In this document: positions 1-10,897 of the stretch, one piece after another
Numbering within the stretch: position 1 is the stretch's first letter
How the letters are laid out: the number at the start of each line of letters is the position of its first letter
Source of the DNA: Leucoraja ocellata
Lineage: Eukaryota
DNA length: 64,000 nucleotides
Reading direction: 5' to 3'
NCBI GenBank assembly: GCA_036785375.1
Contig: JAWMAR010000009.1
Span: 8,928,001-8,992,000, forward strand
The notes under the pieces: generated by a model
What the model saw: only the letters and a program-made list of their open reading frames with translations
Told to the model about the DNA's origin: nothing
Databases searched by the model: none
Program-made: the position numbers and the translations under genes

Positions 1-1095
1 TCAGGATGTAGATAAATTGAGACAATGGGCTGAGGAAAAGCAGATGCAGTTTAATTCAGATAAGTGTGAGGACTGCATTTTGTAAGACAAACTAGGGTAG
101 GACATGCAGCAACTGATAGAGAGCATTGTAGTAGAACAGAGAGATGTAGGGATCACGTACATTGTTTCATGAAGGTGACAACACAGGCACTCAGGTGGTG
201 AAGAAGGCATTCAGTAATCTTGCCTTCATCAGCCCTTGCTGTCTCCTCCCGTTCCTCAGCCCTCGGGCTGTCTCCTCCCATCCCTCCGCCTCCGCCTCCT
301 CCTTTTTCCTTTCTTCTCCCCACCCCCCATCAGTCTGAAGAAGGGTTTTGGCCCGAAACGTTGCCTATTTCCTTTGCTCCATAGATGCTGCTGCACCCGC
401 TGAGTTTCTCCAGCATTTATGTGTACCTTCAGTTTGGTATTGGGTACAGGAGTTGGGGCATCATGTAACCAATGTACAAGATGTTAGTATAGCTACACTT
501 GAGGGTTGAAGCACACAGTACTCCAACCTTCCAATGTGGCCTTTCCAACATCTTGTACATCAGTAACATAATGTCCCAATGTGCACAGTTCTTGTTGCCC
601 TGCTATATGAAGAAATTCATTAAATTGGAAAGGATGCAAAAATATTTACATGGAGGTTACCAGGTCTGGAGGGTTTGAGTTTAAAGAGGCTGGATATCTT
701 CCTGGAGCGTAGGAGGCTGAGGGGTGACCTTATAAGGGTGTACGGAATTATGAAGGGCATAGATAAAGAGAGTAACATCATTTTATATAGTCAACATTGG
801 GGGGGAGGGGCTCTAAAACATGCTATAGGTTTAAGGTGAAATAGGAAAGGATTAAAAGGGATCTGAAGGGTACCATTTTCCACACAGAATGTGAAGCAAA
901 TATGGAAGCAGCTGCCTGAGAAAATGGGAACAGCAGGTACTGTTCTGACATTTAAAAGATATTTGGACAGGTACATGGATAGAAATGGTTTGGGCCAGGG
1001 ACAAGCAATTGTGATTCTCTTGGTTAGGCAACTTGGTCAGCATGAACAGACGAAGCAGAATGGCCTGTTCCCATGCTGTATAACTCTATGACAGG
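1..1095 (+). mobile_element. Degraded CR1/HER1-type LINE 3' fragments, interrupted by a Penelope-like fragment (~230-430)
   Basis: RT C-terminal remnants (LTFKRYLDRYMDR) and a typical CR1 3' UTR/tail (ctgtataactctatga). Confidence 0.75.
335..362 (+). ncRNA. Minimal hammerhead ribozyme motif in a Penelope-like pLTR
   Basis: CTGAAGA-A-GGGT(TTTG)GCCC-GAAAC-GTT. Confidence 0.55.
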
Positions 1096-1314
1096 CCACA
1101 GCAATGCTCTACTAATTAGATGCCCATTTGCCACAAACCACCCAAGAACTAGGTGCCCTCCCTGGGCTGTTGAAGGCCGAGTCTGCAGTAAATAACCAGC
1201 GACTGGAACGTGACTGAATATGTTTGGAGAGAATTGTTGATCTCATCTGTGGTCCGTGTTCACCCCATGGACGTTCCTTGTGCATCAAGCAAGACTAGAG
1301 CTCGCAGGATATAT

Positions 1315-1572
1315 AGAAACATAGAAATTAGGTGCAGGAGTAGGCCATTCGGCCCTTCGAGCCTGCACCGCCATTCAATATGATCATGGCTGATCATCCA
1401 ACTCAGTATCCCGTACCTGCCTTCTCTCCATACCCCCTGATCCCCTTAGCCACAAGGGCCACATCTAACTCCCTCTTAAATATAGCCAATGAACTGGCCT
1501 CAACTACCCTCTGTGGCAGAGAGTTCCAGAGATTCACCACTCTCTGTGTGAAAAAAGTTCTTCTCATCTCGG
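1315..1572 (-). mobile_element. Young CR1-type LINE 3' end
   Basis: RRTFFTQRVVNLWNSLPQRVVEA...IRGYG, intact 3' UTR and (TTCTATG)-type tail. Confidence 0.9.
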
Positions 1573-2252
1573 TTTTTTTAATGGATACGTAAGATTTAGA
1601 AGACGTCCCTCCCACTAGACGCAGTACTCTACTGGTCCACGGACACTGCCAGATCCGTTTCATATTTTGTCTCTGATCATTATCCTCACCTGGTTATCAG
1701 CCTGTGGAATCCTCCCGTGAAGAACCTGCACTGACTGGCCCACCCCCGGCTTAACCCAGCCCACCCCGGCCTAACCCAGTCCACCCCTTGCCCTCTCTGC
1801 CTCATGTACCCAACAAGATGTTCTGCTGCTGATTGAAAGCTCATCTGGACCATGTGTTTCCTGACAGTGGGTGGGCCGCAGCCCACCATCACATCCACAG
1901 ATCCCTCTCCATCTACTCTGCCTGTGGACTGGGTAACAGAGCGGCAAGCAATACTGGTAGGGATGGAACATTTAGGTTTCTGTCCATCTCCCACCCCCCC
2001 CTCCCTAGTGCTGTCTGTGGTGTAAAAGAAACAAGTAGATAAGTGATTCAGCCAATTGGGCAATCATGTTCTGGGACCCTTGTGAGAGGAGTGAGCCGAA
2101 ATGGGAAAAGATGGAAGATGCCAATGAGTGTGGTTCGCTGAATTGTTATCTGCAAGGAATACGGTAGAAGTCATTAACCAGTAGAAATGTAAGCTCAATG
2201 CTGGAACGCTCAGTAACACACTGGGCCCACATCCGGCTCCAAACCTACTCAC

Positions 2253-2426
2253 CCAGCGTTGCAAGGACGTGACGAAGCTCGGCCCCCATCACCGTGCCGT
2301 CCCCTTCCTTGTCAAAGACTTTCAAACCTTCTATAAAATCTTCCAAAGTGCCCTGGTCCTTGCTTCTGGAGATGTGTTGCAGCATTGGTAGAAAGGTCTC
2401 AAAGTCCAACATCTTCTGGTTCATCT
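2253..2426 (-). CDS. MYL4: MYL4-like exon 4 ([20 protein letters not shown]...[27 protein letters not shown])
   Basis: 174 nt, cacacag/gtgagt boundaries; canonical ELC motifs. Exons 5-6 were not found in the window. Confidence 0.93.
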
Positions 2427-2839
2427 CTGTGTGGGGAGGCAAGCAGAAGTTCAGGCTGACCGCTAGGGCAGCTGTAGATAGAATGGGCTGTGGACGGACC
2501 ATGGAGCGGTGTTGGTCTTGTGTCCATTGGTGAGGCTGTTCCTGCACCTGTGTTCATGTATGTGCCCATTTGTATTTATCATTTAATTTAGTACCTTTAC
2601 CCCTCCACCTTTGTGATCATAGGTGTGTAGATACAGTACATGTGTGTCCATGTGAATGGGTGTTTACTGTTCAAACATGTGTTTATCTTATCCCCCATTC
2701 CGTCTCGTCCCACATCCATTTGAGTTGAACTGGTCGCTATTGCCCACACTTGGTGTCACGGCTGGTTTTATTACTGCCAGCGTTGGACGGTGGGTTGGAG
2801 GGTCATGATGGACGGGTGCTGCACATCCCCGAGACTGAC

Positions 2840-2989
2840 CTTCCGGTTTGGGTTTGTCGAGCAGCTTCATGACCTCGGCATTGGTGGGGTTCTGCCCAAG
2901 GGCTCGCATCACATCACCACACTGGGCGTAGGTGATCTTCATCTCACAGGACGGGGTCCTGTCGAAAAGGGCGAAAGCTTCCTTGAATT
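2840..2989 (-). CDS. MYL4: MYL4-like exon 3 ([40 protein letters not shown]...KPKPE)
   Basis: 150 nt, ctttcag/gtcagt boundaries; EF-hand ELC sequence inside ORF 2688..3050. Confidence 0.93.
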
Positions 2990-3069
2990 CTGAAAGTGGA
3001 GGCAAGAGGAACGGATTGGAACCATAGACGTGAGAAACATCAGACCACAATACAGAGCTAAACCTGAGA

Positions 3070-3490
3070 GCTGGCTACAGGGCCAGGGTACTGGGAATGG
3101 TCCAGCAATTAGTGCAGGTATAGGGATGGTATAAGTATAAGCACAGGTAGTGACAAGGTAACATATAGGGACAGGTAAAGGGGGGTGGTACAGGTATAGG
3201 GACAGATACACATACAAATGTAGGGACAGGGACAGGTAGAGTTTTAGGAACAGGGAAGGTAGAAGTATTGGGGTAGAAATAGGGGCAGGTACATGTATAG
3301 GGACAAAGACACAGAGAGGGACAGATAAAGAGACAGCTGCAGGAACTGGTATAGTGGCAGAAATAGGTACAGGAACAGGTAGAGATAGAGGCTGGTACAG
3401 TTATAGGGGCAGTTTCTGGTATAGAGACAGATATAGGGATTGGGGCAAGTGTAGGGTTAGGGACTTGCCCAGGTATAGGGACAGATACAA
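3070..3490. repeat. Degenerate purine-rich ~6/12-bp minisatellite (gggacaggtata-like) in MYL4 intron 2
   Basis: Recurrent caggta / gggaca / gtatag units. Confidence 0.6.
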
Positions 3491-3943
3491 CTAATCAGTA
3501 TCAATTAATATTGATATACTTCAGAATAAAGCATGCAGGTACGCAGTCACAAGAAAACAAACAGGTGTCTATGCTGTGAATGAACAATAATTAAATAGAC
3601 AAACTCAGCTCTGCCAACACATCAAACTTACGGCAAGTGGAGGAGACAAGATCAGTTTCACTGGGATAGGAATCAGAGAGTGAATAAAGTATGATCCTGG
3701 GTGCTTCAATGCAAGGAATGAGGTCAGTGTTGGATGTCAACAATATCAGGATTGGGGCTCTCCCCGGTGGCTGGGGTCAGTGTCCAGAGCAGGGGTCAGG
3801 GTAAATGTCTGGGGCTAAAGCTGCAGTCCTTGCTCAGGGTGGGGGTGTGGTGGTCGAGGGTGAAGGTCGGGGGAGCAGGTCAGTAACCGGACAGAGGTCG
3901 AGCTCAGCGTTGGGGTTGGAGTCCCTGCCTGACATCAACTCAC

Positions 3944-3971
3944 CTTCAATCTGGTCGTTGCTGAATTCAAT
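3944..3971 (-). CDS. MYL4: MYL4-like exon 2 (IEFSNDQIE)
   Basis: 28-nt exon, tttcag acceptor and gtgagt donor; matches the conserved ELC micro-exon; phase fits exons 1 and 3. Confidence 0.9.
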
Positions 3972-4704
3972 CTGAAACAAACAGAAGGACAGTGTTACAT
4001 TGCGAGGAGCAATTGGTGTTCTAATTTGGTGTTCATTTACACTGCATCTGCTTTCCTATCCACCCCACACTCCTTCATACTTCACACACCAAAACTGTCA
4101 GAGCCTCTGCCTGGAGCCACACCACTCTGAACTTCTCCTTCACTCCCAGCGTTTCCCTAGCTCCAGCTCTTTGCAACAAGCTGCTCATAGTTGACTTTCT
4201 TTGAGCTCTTCACCTGTTCTTACTCAGTCCCTCCTCTGATCTGAAGTGCACCATTTTACTTCTAATGTATAACTGTTACGAGTCATACAGCATGGTGACT
4301 GGATCTTCAGGCCTAATTGTCCATGCTAACCAAGATGACCATCTATCCTTGTTTCATTTGCCCGCTTTTGACCCGTTCATCTCTAAACCTTTCCAATCTA
4401 AGTACCTGTCCAAATGTCCTTTAACGTGTAATATTGTAGGTGTTAGCTGGAGTACTTAAGGTGAACGTCCTGCACTAACGACAGAATGCCCTACGGACAC
4501 TAGAGAAACCCCAACACAGCAAAATCCTCGAAATTCACTGGAAGGGTGTGTGAACCTACATCTGTGTTCTCTCCCAGGGCAATATCCCCTGGGGATTCTC
4601 AGTTGGCTAAGGCGGGCAGCAACGCCCATTGTTTGCACAACACCCGACTCTATGGGAAGAGATTACAGTTGGACAGAGAAAAGAATCAAGGATGGGTTCA
4701 AAGC

Positions 4705-4834
4705 ATTTAAGAAGGAACTGCAGATACTGGAAAATCAAAGGTACACAAAAAAGCTGGAGAAACTCAGCAGGTGCAGCAGCATCTATGGAGCGAAGGAAAT
4801 AGGCAACGTTTCGGGCCAAAACCCTTCTTCAGGC
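4705..4834 (-). mobile_element. Penelope-like pLTR fragment with intact hammerhead core (4805-4832)
   Basis: Reverse complement reads CTGAAGAAGGGTTTTGGCCCGAAACGTT followed by the family 3' tail. Confidence 0.7.
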
Positions 4835-5460
4835 AAACCCTACTTCAAAGCTTCCTGCCGCATCCCTCCTGATCACTGGGAATCCCTGCTCTCTGACTGC
4901 TCAAGCTGTAGAGGAAAGCATTCGCTATGGACTGTGGAGTCTTGCAGTCTACAGTCCCTCACTGGCCTCAGCCGTGACCTCAAAAGAAGTGGAGACCATG
5001 TTACATTTCTCAATAACCCAGATGGCAGATGTTTCTCACCTGCACTGTCCCTGCTCTGGGAGCACGTGATGGGAAACTGTAGCCATTCTTCACTATGTGC
5101 CCAACCTCTACTGATCATTATAATGTATCAAACTATAAACCAATTACAAAGTATCAAACAGAAGATAAATGGTATATAAAATCATAAGGGGCATAGATAA
5201 GGATAATGGCCAGTCTTTTCGCCAGGGTAGGAAGAGTCTAAAACTCGGGAGGTGATGTTTAAGATGAGGGAGGAAAATTTTAAAAGGGGCAATTTGTTCA
5301 CACAAGTTCACACTGATACACAGAGGGATTTTGAGATCCAAGTCTGCAGCTCCCTGAAAGTGGCAACAGAAGTAGATAGAGTGGTAAAAGATGGCAAACG
5401 GCGTGCTTGCCTTTACCGGTCGGGACATTCAGTGCAGGGGTTAGGAAGTAGGGGTCGAGT

Positions 5461-5488
5461 CTGAAGAAGGGTCTCGACCCGAAATGTC
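5461..5488 (+). ncRNA. Minimal hammerhead ribozyme motif in a Penelope-like fragment
   Basis: CTGAAGA-A-GGGT(CTCG)ACCC-GAAAT-GTC. Confidence 0.5.
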
Positions 5489-5954
5489 ACCTATTCCTTC
5501 TCTCCGGAGATGATGCCTGTCCAGCTGAATTATTATAGCTTTTGGTGTAGGGGTTAGGAGGTCATGTTGCAGTTTTATAAAGCACCGGTTAGGATCCGTC
5601 GCAACTCCGACCCCGCTGTCCGCCCGCTGCCTGGTGACCGGACACCGGGTAACAACTGTCGATGCCACAAGAGCGAGGACTCAGTCACCCCGGCTGCCCG
5701 TGGGGCCGCTCGCCCATTGACCGACAGCGGCCGAGGTCAGCGGACACCGGCCCCCGGCAGTCCCTACCTCACTCTCCGTCCCCCTCCGTCGACCAGCGGA
5801 GGCTGTGATGAGATCCGGGTGAGATGCGTTAACACCGTGAAGGGAGAAGACGGAGTGACGCTGTTTTCGCGGGCGGAGAGGTGACACATCAGGGGGGCCA
5901 CACACACAGTGCGGCTCTGGCAGAGACGCAAGCGGGCCCCGCGGCTCGTCCCCA

Positions 5955-6027
5955 CACTGGCCGGGCTCTGGGGGCCACTGGCCGGGCTCTGGGGGCCACT
6001 GGCCGGGCTCTGGGGGCCACTGGCCGG
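5955..6027. repeat. 21-bp tandem repeat, ~3.5 copies (cactggccgggctctgggggc)
   Basis: Perfect units read directly. Confidence 0.95.
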
Positions 6028-6666
6028 TGTGACCTCCAGGAAGGTTCCCCCAAATGTTTACCGGGTGCCCGGTGGCCTTGGACGGTACGTCCTCCGTGAT
6101 CACCCCGTTCCCCCCCTTCTTCCTCCCGCTTCTCCTCGGTCTTACTCCGGTCCTGTCCGACGTCTCCAGCGATGCCCCCACTCCAGCAACCCCCCCCCGG
6201 TATCGCCCCACTACCGGCACGGTGCGAGGAGCGGGTGGCCTGAAGAATAAGCGGCGGGAAGGTCGCGGAAGTTGGTGGTGGTGGGGGAAGGGGGTTGGTA
6301 CTGGGAATGAGGGGGGACACGGTGGGGTGTGAGAGACCGGGGGGGGGGGGGGGGGAGAATGGGGATCGGTGCCCGTTGTCGGCCCCGTGGGCAGCCGGGG
6401 TGCCTGCAGCTTTGTCCTGTGGCTGAGCCGTCGGGGCCGGGAGACGCCCGCTTCCCGCAGCCAGCCGTGCCCGGACAGCGGGGATGGAGCCGGGTTAGAC
6501 CGCAGAGAGAGACAGACTGCGAAGCGGCGGGGAGGGTGGATCACGGACGCCGGCCCGATGGCCGGAGGGGGGGGGTCGGTCCCGCAGTGTCGGCCGCTGC
6601 CGCCGCCCTGGACCGAGACAATAGCGGAGGGAGCGGAGCCCCGGAAAACAGCGGCCCGCGACCGGG

Positions 6667-6693
6667 CACTCACTCACTCACTCACTCACTCAC
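6667..6693. repeat. (CACT)n / (GTGA)n microsatellite forming the MYL4 exon-1 splice donor
   Basis: Read directly. Confidence 0.95.
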
Positions 6694-6798
6694 CCGCACA
6701 CTCTTTGGGTCGAAGGCCGGCTCCTTGGGCGGCTCGGGTTCCGCGGGCGGGGGAGCGGGCTTGGCGGCTTCCTTCTTCACCTCTTTTTTGGGGGCCAT
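6694..6798 (-). CDS. MYL4: Myosin essential light chain (MYL4-like) exon 1, MAPKKEVKKEAAKPAPPPAEPEPPKEPAFDPKSVR
   Basis: ATG in a GCCATGG Kozak context at 6798; MAPKK start plus Pro/Ala-rich extension typical of A1-type ELCs; 105 nt ending in a GTGAGT donor, phase 0. The MYL4 vs MYL3 assignment is inferred from sequence and from linkage to STRADA/DDX42. Confidence 0.88.
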
Positions 6799-6849
6799 GG
6801 CGGAGGGAGCGGAGTCTGCAGCGGCTGCGGCGGGCGGGACGAGCCGGCG

Positions 6850-6865
6850 AGGCTTATATATACGG
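6850..6865 (-). promoter_or_regulatory. TATA box of the MYL4-like gene, inside a GC/CpG-rich region (~5600-7100)
   Basis: TATATATAAG on the minus strand about 55 bp upstream of the ATG, embedded in GC-box-rich sequence. Confidence 0.65.
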
Positions 6866-7227
6866 GAGCGGGGCGGCGGGCGGACGGGCGAGCCGGCGGC
6901 GTCTGACTATAGATGGAAGCGCCGAGCATCCCCCGGGACCACGGCTGAGGGGGCTGACGGGCGGCTTCTCTCCGCTCCGCTCGGCTGCTGCTGACACAGG
7001 GCGAAAACAGAGTTGGCCCGGCCGGGGAGAGCGGGAGTGGAGTGGAGTGGGGCGAGGGGTGGGGTTTGAGGGAGGGGAGGGACGGGCTGGGTGCGTTTTA
7101 TTCAAAAAAGAGGAGGATTTGGACAGAGGGCTCGAAGAATGGACCTGACTTGATTGATGAGTACGGGTGTCAGGGGTTATGGGGACAAGGCAGGAGAATG
7201 GGGTTAGGAGGGAGGGAGAGATAGATC

Positions 7228-7271
7228 CAAAGATACTAGAGGAGCTTCTAGTAGATCCTCTAGTATTTTTG
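7228..7271. mobile_element. 44-bp palindromic hAT-like insertion, 8-bp TSD GATAGATC, inside a CR1 3' UTR
   Basis: Arms caaagatactagagga / tcctctagtatttttg; TSD at 7220-7227 and 7272-7279. Confidence 0.8.
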
Positions 7272-7553
7272 GATAGATCAGCCATGATTGAATGGCGGAG
7301 TAGACTTGATGGACCGAATGGCCGAATTCTGCTCCTATCTCGGTCTGAGCTCAAATCCCCGAGACTGGGCAAGGGACACAGTGCTCGCACCTGCCCCCTG
7401 TCCACCTTGTCCCCATTGACCTTTCCTCCCACTGATGGAAGGTTCACATTTGACCCATAGACCACTGACCGTCGACACCACCGACCCATGTCGCCACTGT
7501 CTTTTTTACCCTATCCCCACTGGCCTCTCTCCCCACTGATAGAAGGTCCTCAT

Positions 7554-7568
7554 CAAAGATCATCTTTG
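7554..7568. mobile_element. 15-bp palindromic insertion CAAAGAT-C-ATCTTTG, 8-bp TSD GTCCTCAT
   Basis: TSD at 7546-7553 and 7569-7576. Confidence 0.75.
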
Positions 7569-7896
7569 GTCCTCATTGTCCCTCGTAGATCACTCGCCAC
7601 TGACCCTACGACCTGGTTCCCATTTAATCCCTGCCACCACAACCCTCCATTCCCCCCGAACTCACACCCGTCTCCATTGACTGCAAAATCTGGTTGTCAA
7701 AAAAGAAGACATAAACAAAGTGCTGGAGTAACTCAGCGGGTCAGGCAGCATATCTAGATAACATGGATCGGCGACGTTTCAGAAAAGGAGTTGGAGGAGG
7801 GGTGAGGCAAGCAGAACATTTCACAGAGGCAGAGGCCGTGGCTGTGGTAGTGAAGGCAGGCGTTCACCCGCCCTCACTAAAGGAGGATGTTGCCAG

Positions 7897-7927
7897 CAAA
7901 GATTATAGAGCTCCTCTAGTATCTTTG
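7897..7927. mobile_element. 31-bp insertion with CAAAGAT...ATCTTTG ends, 8-bp TSD GTTGCCAG
   Basis: TSD at 7889-7896 and 7928-7935. Confidence 0.8.
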
Positions 7928-8589
7928 GTTGCCAGAGTCCCAGCAGGGGGACGGACGTGCAGGTCAGATTGTGCGTGAGCTGAGAATTCAATAAGAAGAG
8001 CTACTGGGAAGCAAAGTGCCGGAGAACCCGACATCTAGACAACATCTGTGGATAGAATAGATAAGAAATGTTGCAGGTCGGGACCCTTGTTCGGAATCAC
8101 CCAAAATGTTAGCTTACACTTACGTAGAACATGGAACAGTACAGCACAGGAACGGGCCCTTCGGCCCACATTGCTTGTGCCGAACACGTTGTCGAGCTAA
8201 ACTAAGCGTTCGCCTGTACACGATCCAAATTCCTCTATTCCTTGCATTTCCACGCAGCTATCTAAAACGCCTCTTAAACCCCACTATCGTTTCTGCCTCC
8301 AGCCCCCACTTCTGGCAACGCGCTCCAGGCATCCAATGGAATAAAAATAGACAAAGTGCTGCAGTAACTCAGCGGGCCAGGCAGCATCTCAGGAGAACAT
8401 GGATGGGTGACGTTTTGGATCGGGACCCTTCTTCAGAACCTTCACCCTTATAGTCAGACTCTTTATCCTTATATTGGATGAATCCCCTGGCCTAGAGGGG
8501 TAACATCCCATGGTGCTGGTGGAAAACAAGCGAGGAAATTGCATAGATTCTTCACCCCGCCATCTCCCCTCAACCCCTGACAAGCTTAT

Positions 8590-8790
8590 TAATCAATGAT
8601 CTATCAATCTCTGCCTTAAAAATATCCATCGACGACCTCAACCGCCTTCTGTGGCAATGAATTCCACAGATTCACCAATCTCTGACTAAATAAATTCCTC
8701 CTCAACTTCTTCCTACAGGAACGTCCTTTAATTCTGAGGCTATGCCCTCTGATCCCATACTCTCCCACTAGTGGACACATCCTCTCCACA
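8590..8790 (-). mobile_element. CR1-type LINE RT C-terminal fragment
   Basis: RGHSLRIKGR...RRNLFSQRLVNLWNSLPQKAVE. Confidence 0.85.
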
Positions 8791-9939
8791 GGAGACAAAT
8801 TGGTACATAACTCAGTGAAATAAAAGACGAACACATTGAATGCCGAGCTTGTGTTTATGTGGAGGACACACCGATACAGAGCAGGGTTGGTCAGCCTGTA
8901 CAAGAGATCTCGTGTGCCGCGGACATGCATTGCTGAGTGACTCCAGCGCTTTGTCTTTTTTCTTGTCAACCTGCAGTTCCTAATTTCTACAGGGAGGATG
9001 CTGTTCATGTTATCGGCAGCCTGTCTTTGGCCAGCTGCCTGCTCAGCATTATGGAGGCTTCTTTCGCAGAGCACAGAGGGAGATGTTCTGCTTTTCAGTA
9101 AGAACTATTTACCATGCACGATGTAATCTAGCAACTGGTTGCCATGGCATTTTCTCACTATCTTATGGGCTACAAGCCAGGAATAGGGTGAGATTCACAA
9201 GCAAATCACAGGACTCTAAGCCTAAGTATAATCGGAATGTTTCAATGGATTGTCGAAGAGCCAACATGAAAACGTACTGTTTAATAAGGACGGGGAAGCT
9301 CACCTTTTCTCAATCTTTCTCCCTTAACTGTTACCTTTGTGTCACATAAACATCCTGCAAGTCTTCATATCTAATGGGAAATGATTCAGCATATGAAGAC
9401 CACATAACAAGGCACTTCAATCTTCAAGAATAGAATAAAGCCGGAAAATAGAGCAAATGACCAACACAGCATCATAAGCACAGATGAGAACCAGAAGATC
9501 ACGGAACAGGCAGCAGGGAGCAAAAGAGGGAACAAGTGAAGTAGAAATAAGAAGAATTGTCAATAAATATAAAATAATCCCCAAATCAGATTGTATCTGC
9601 CTTGCTATTGTCCACATACTGAACTTATCTATATCCCCGTGTAGACTCTTATCATTTTCCCATTCTGTCTTGAGACATCACCAAACCTAAGATTTTAGCA
9701 TATGGTTCTCTCATTCATTCAAATCATTGACACAGATGGTGAATAGTTGGGACCCCCCTGCGATACTCCACTAGTTACAGTCTGCCAACCTGAGAATGAC
9801 CTGTTTATTACCATTCTTTGTTTTCTCTCTGTTAATCAATTCTCTATCCATGACAGTATCTTACCACAATTCCATGTGGCCTGATCTTCTTGGCCATCCT
9901 CGTTTGTGGGATCTCTTCAAAAACACCTTTAAACTGCAT

Positions 9940-10565
9940 CGCCTACAGTCTGTCTGTCCCTTCCTTCTTTGTGTTTTAATAGTATGTGTTAAATGGATGT
10001 TTTTAGTGTTCTTTAGCTTGTTTTGTGGGGGGGGGGGGACTTTTCTAATCTCTTACCTTGACGAAGATGTGATTTTTCCCCCCGTATGTATCTCCATCCA
10101 CACTGCGGCCTAACATCAAGGAGTTGGCGGCCTTTGCTGGAGAACGACTTTTGAGAGCTCCAGCGTGGGTGGCTGTGGACTTACCATCACGGAGCCCGCG
10201 ATTCCTTTGCCAGGGATCGACCTCGTAGCTCAAACCATGGGTGCTGGCAGACTTTAACATCACGGAGCCCGCGGTCTCTGGTCAGGGACCGACTTCGGGA
10301 ACTCCAAGGCATGAGAGTTTCGATCTCCCCGACGGAGCCTCGATTGCCCAGATGGATGGTTCGACTGCCCCGACCGCGGGAAAATAAAGAGGGAGGTTTG
10401 GACTTTTTTGCCTTCCATCACAGTGAGGAATGTGGGGAATCTGCTGTGGTGGATGTTTATGTTAACTTTTATGTAGTTGTGTGGCCTGTTGCTTTTTTTT
10501 CGTATGGCTGTATGGTAATTCGCATATCACTGGTACATGTGTCAATGGAATATCTTTGAAACTTT
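9940..10565 (+). mobile_element. Non-autonomous retroelement-like repeat, copy A (related copies at 45768-46430 and ~38425-38715)
   Basis: Collinear similarity between copies by eye; LINE-type 3' end. Confidence 0.65.
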
Positions 10566-10772
10566 TGCGCTGAAGTACACCAGATCATCTGACTTCCTCC
10601 TCATCTACTCAACCAGATACATCCTCAAAGAATTCCAATAAACGAATAAAATGGAAACTGCATTTGACAAGTCCTTGTCATAGGCCAATCCTACTGTTAT
10701 TTTCTGTCTTAATGCCACATTCTTTTTCATAGATTCAGCAACTTCCCGGCGATCAACAGCAGGCTACTGTTT

Positions 10773-10897
10773 AAAAAAGAACTGCAGATGCTGGAAAAAT
10801 CGAAGGTAGACAAAAATGCTGGAGAAACTCAGCGGGTGAGGCAGCATCTATGGAGCGAAGGAATGGGTGACGTTTTGGGTCAATACCCTTCTTCAGA
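10773..10897 (-). mobile_element. Penelope-like pLTR fragment, hammerhead core mutated (GAAA->AAAA)
   Basis: Same family as 4705-4834. Confidence 0.7.

Noticed and set aside
1690-1725. Minus-strand cag...gtgagg block as possible MYL4 exon 5
   Set aside because: No similarity to the conserved GEK...INYE exon and an in-frame stop; true exons 5-6 probably lie left of the window.
4550-5179. 209-aa plus-strand ORF
   Set aside because: Runs through an antisense Penelope fragment within MYL4 intron 1; no domain recognised.
5955-6027. Possible CRISPR-like array
   Set aside because: Head-to-tail repeats without spacers, in a eukaryotic genome.
5681-7489. Long overlapping ORFs (330, 259, 221, 211 aa)
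   Set aside because: By-products of a stop-poor GC-rich island; low-complexity translations; the only real coding part is MYL4 exon 1.
8991-9096. Plus-strand exon-like block open in all three frames
   Set aside because: Its acceptor derives from a repeat tail, no partner exons were found and no homology was recognised.
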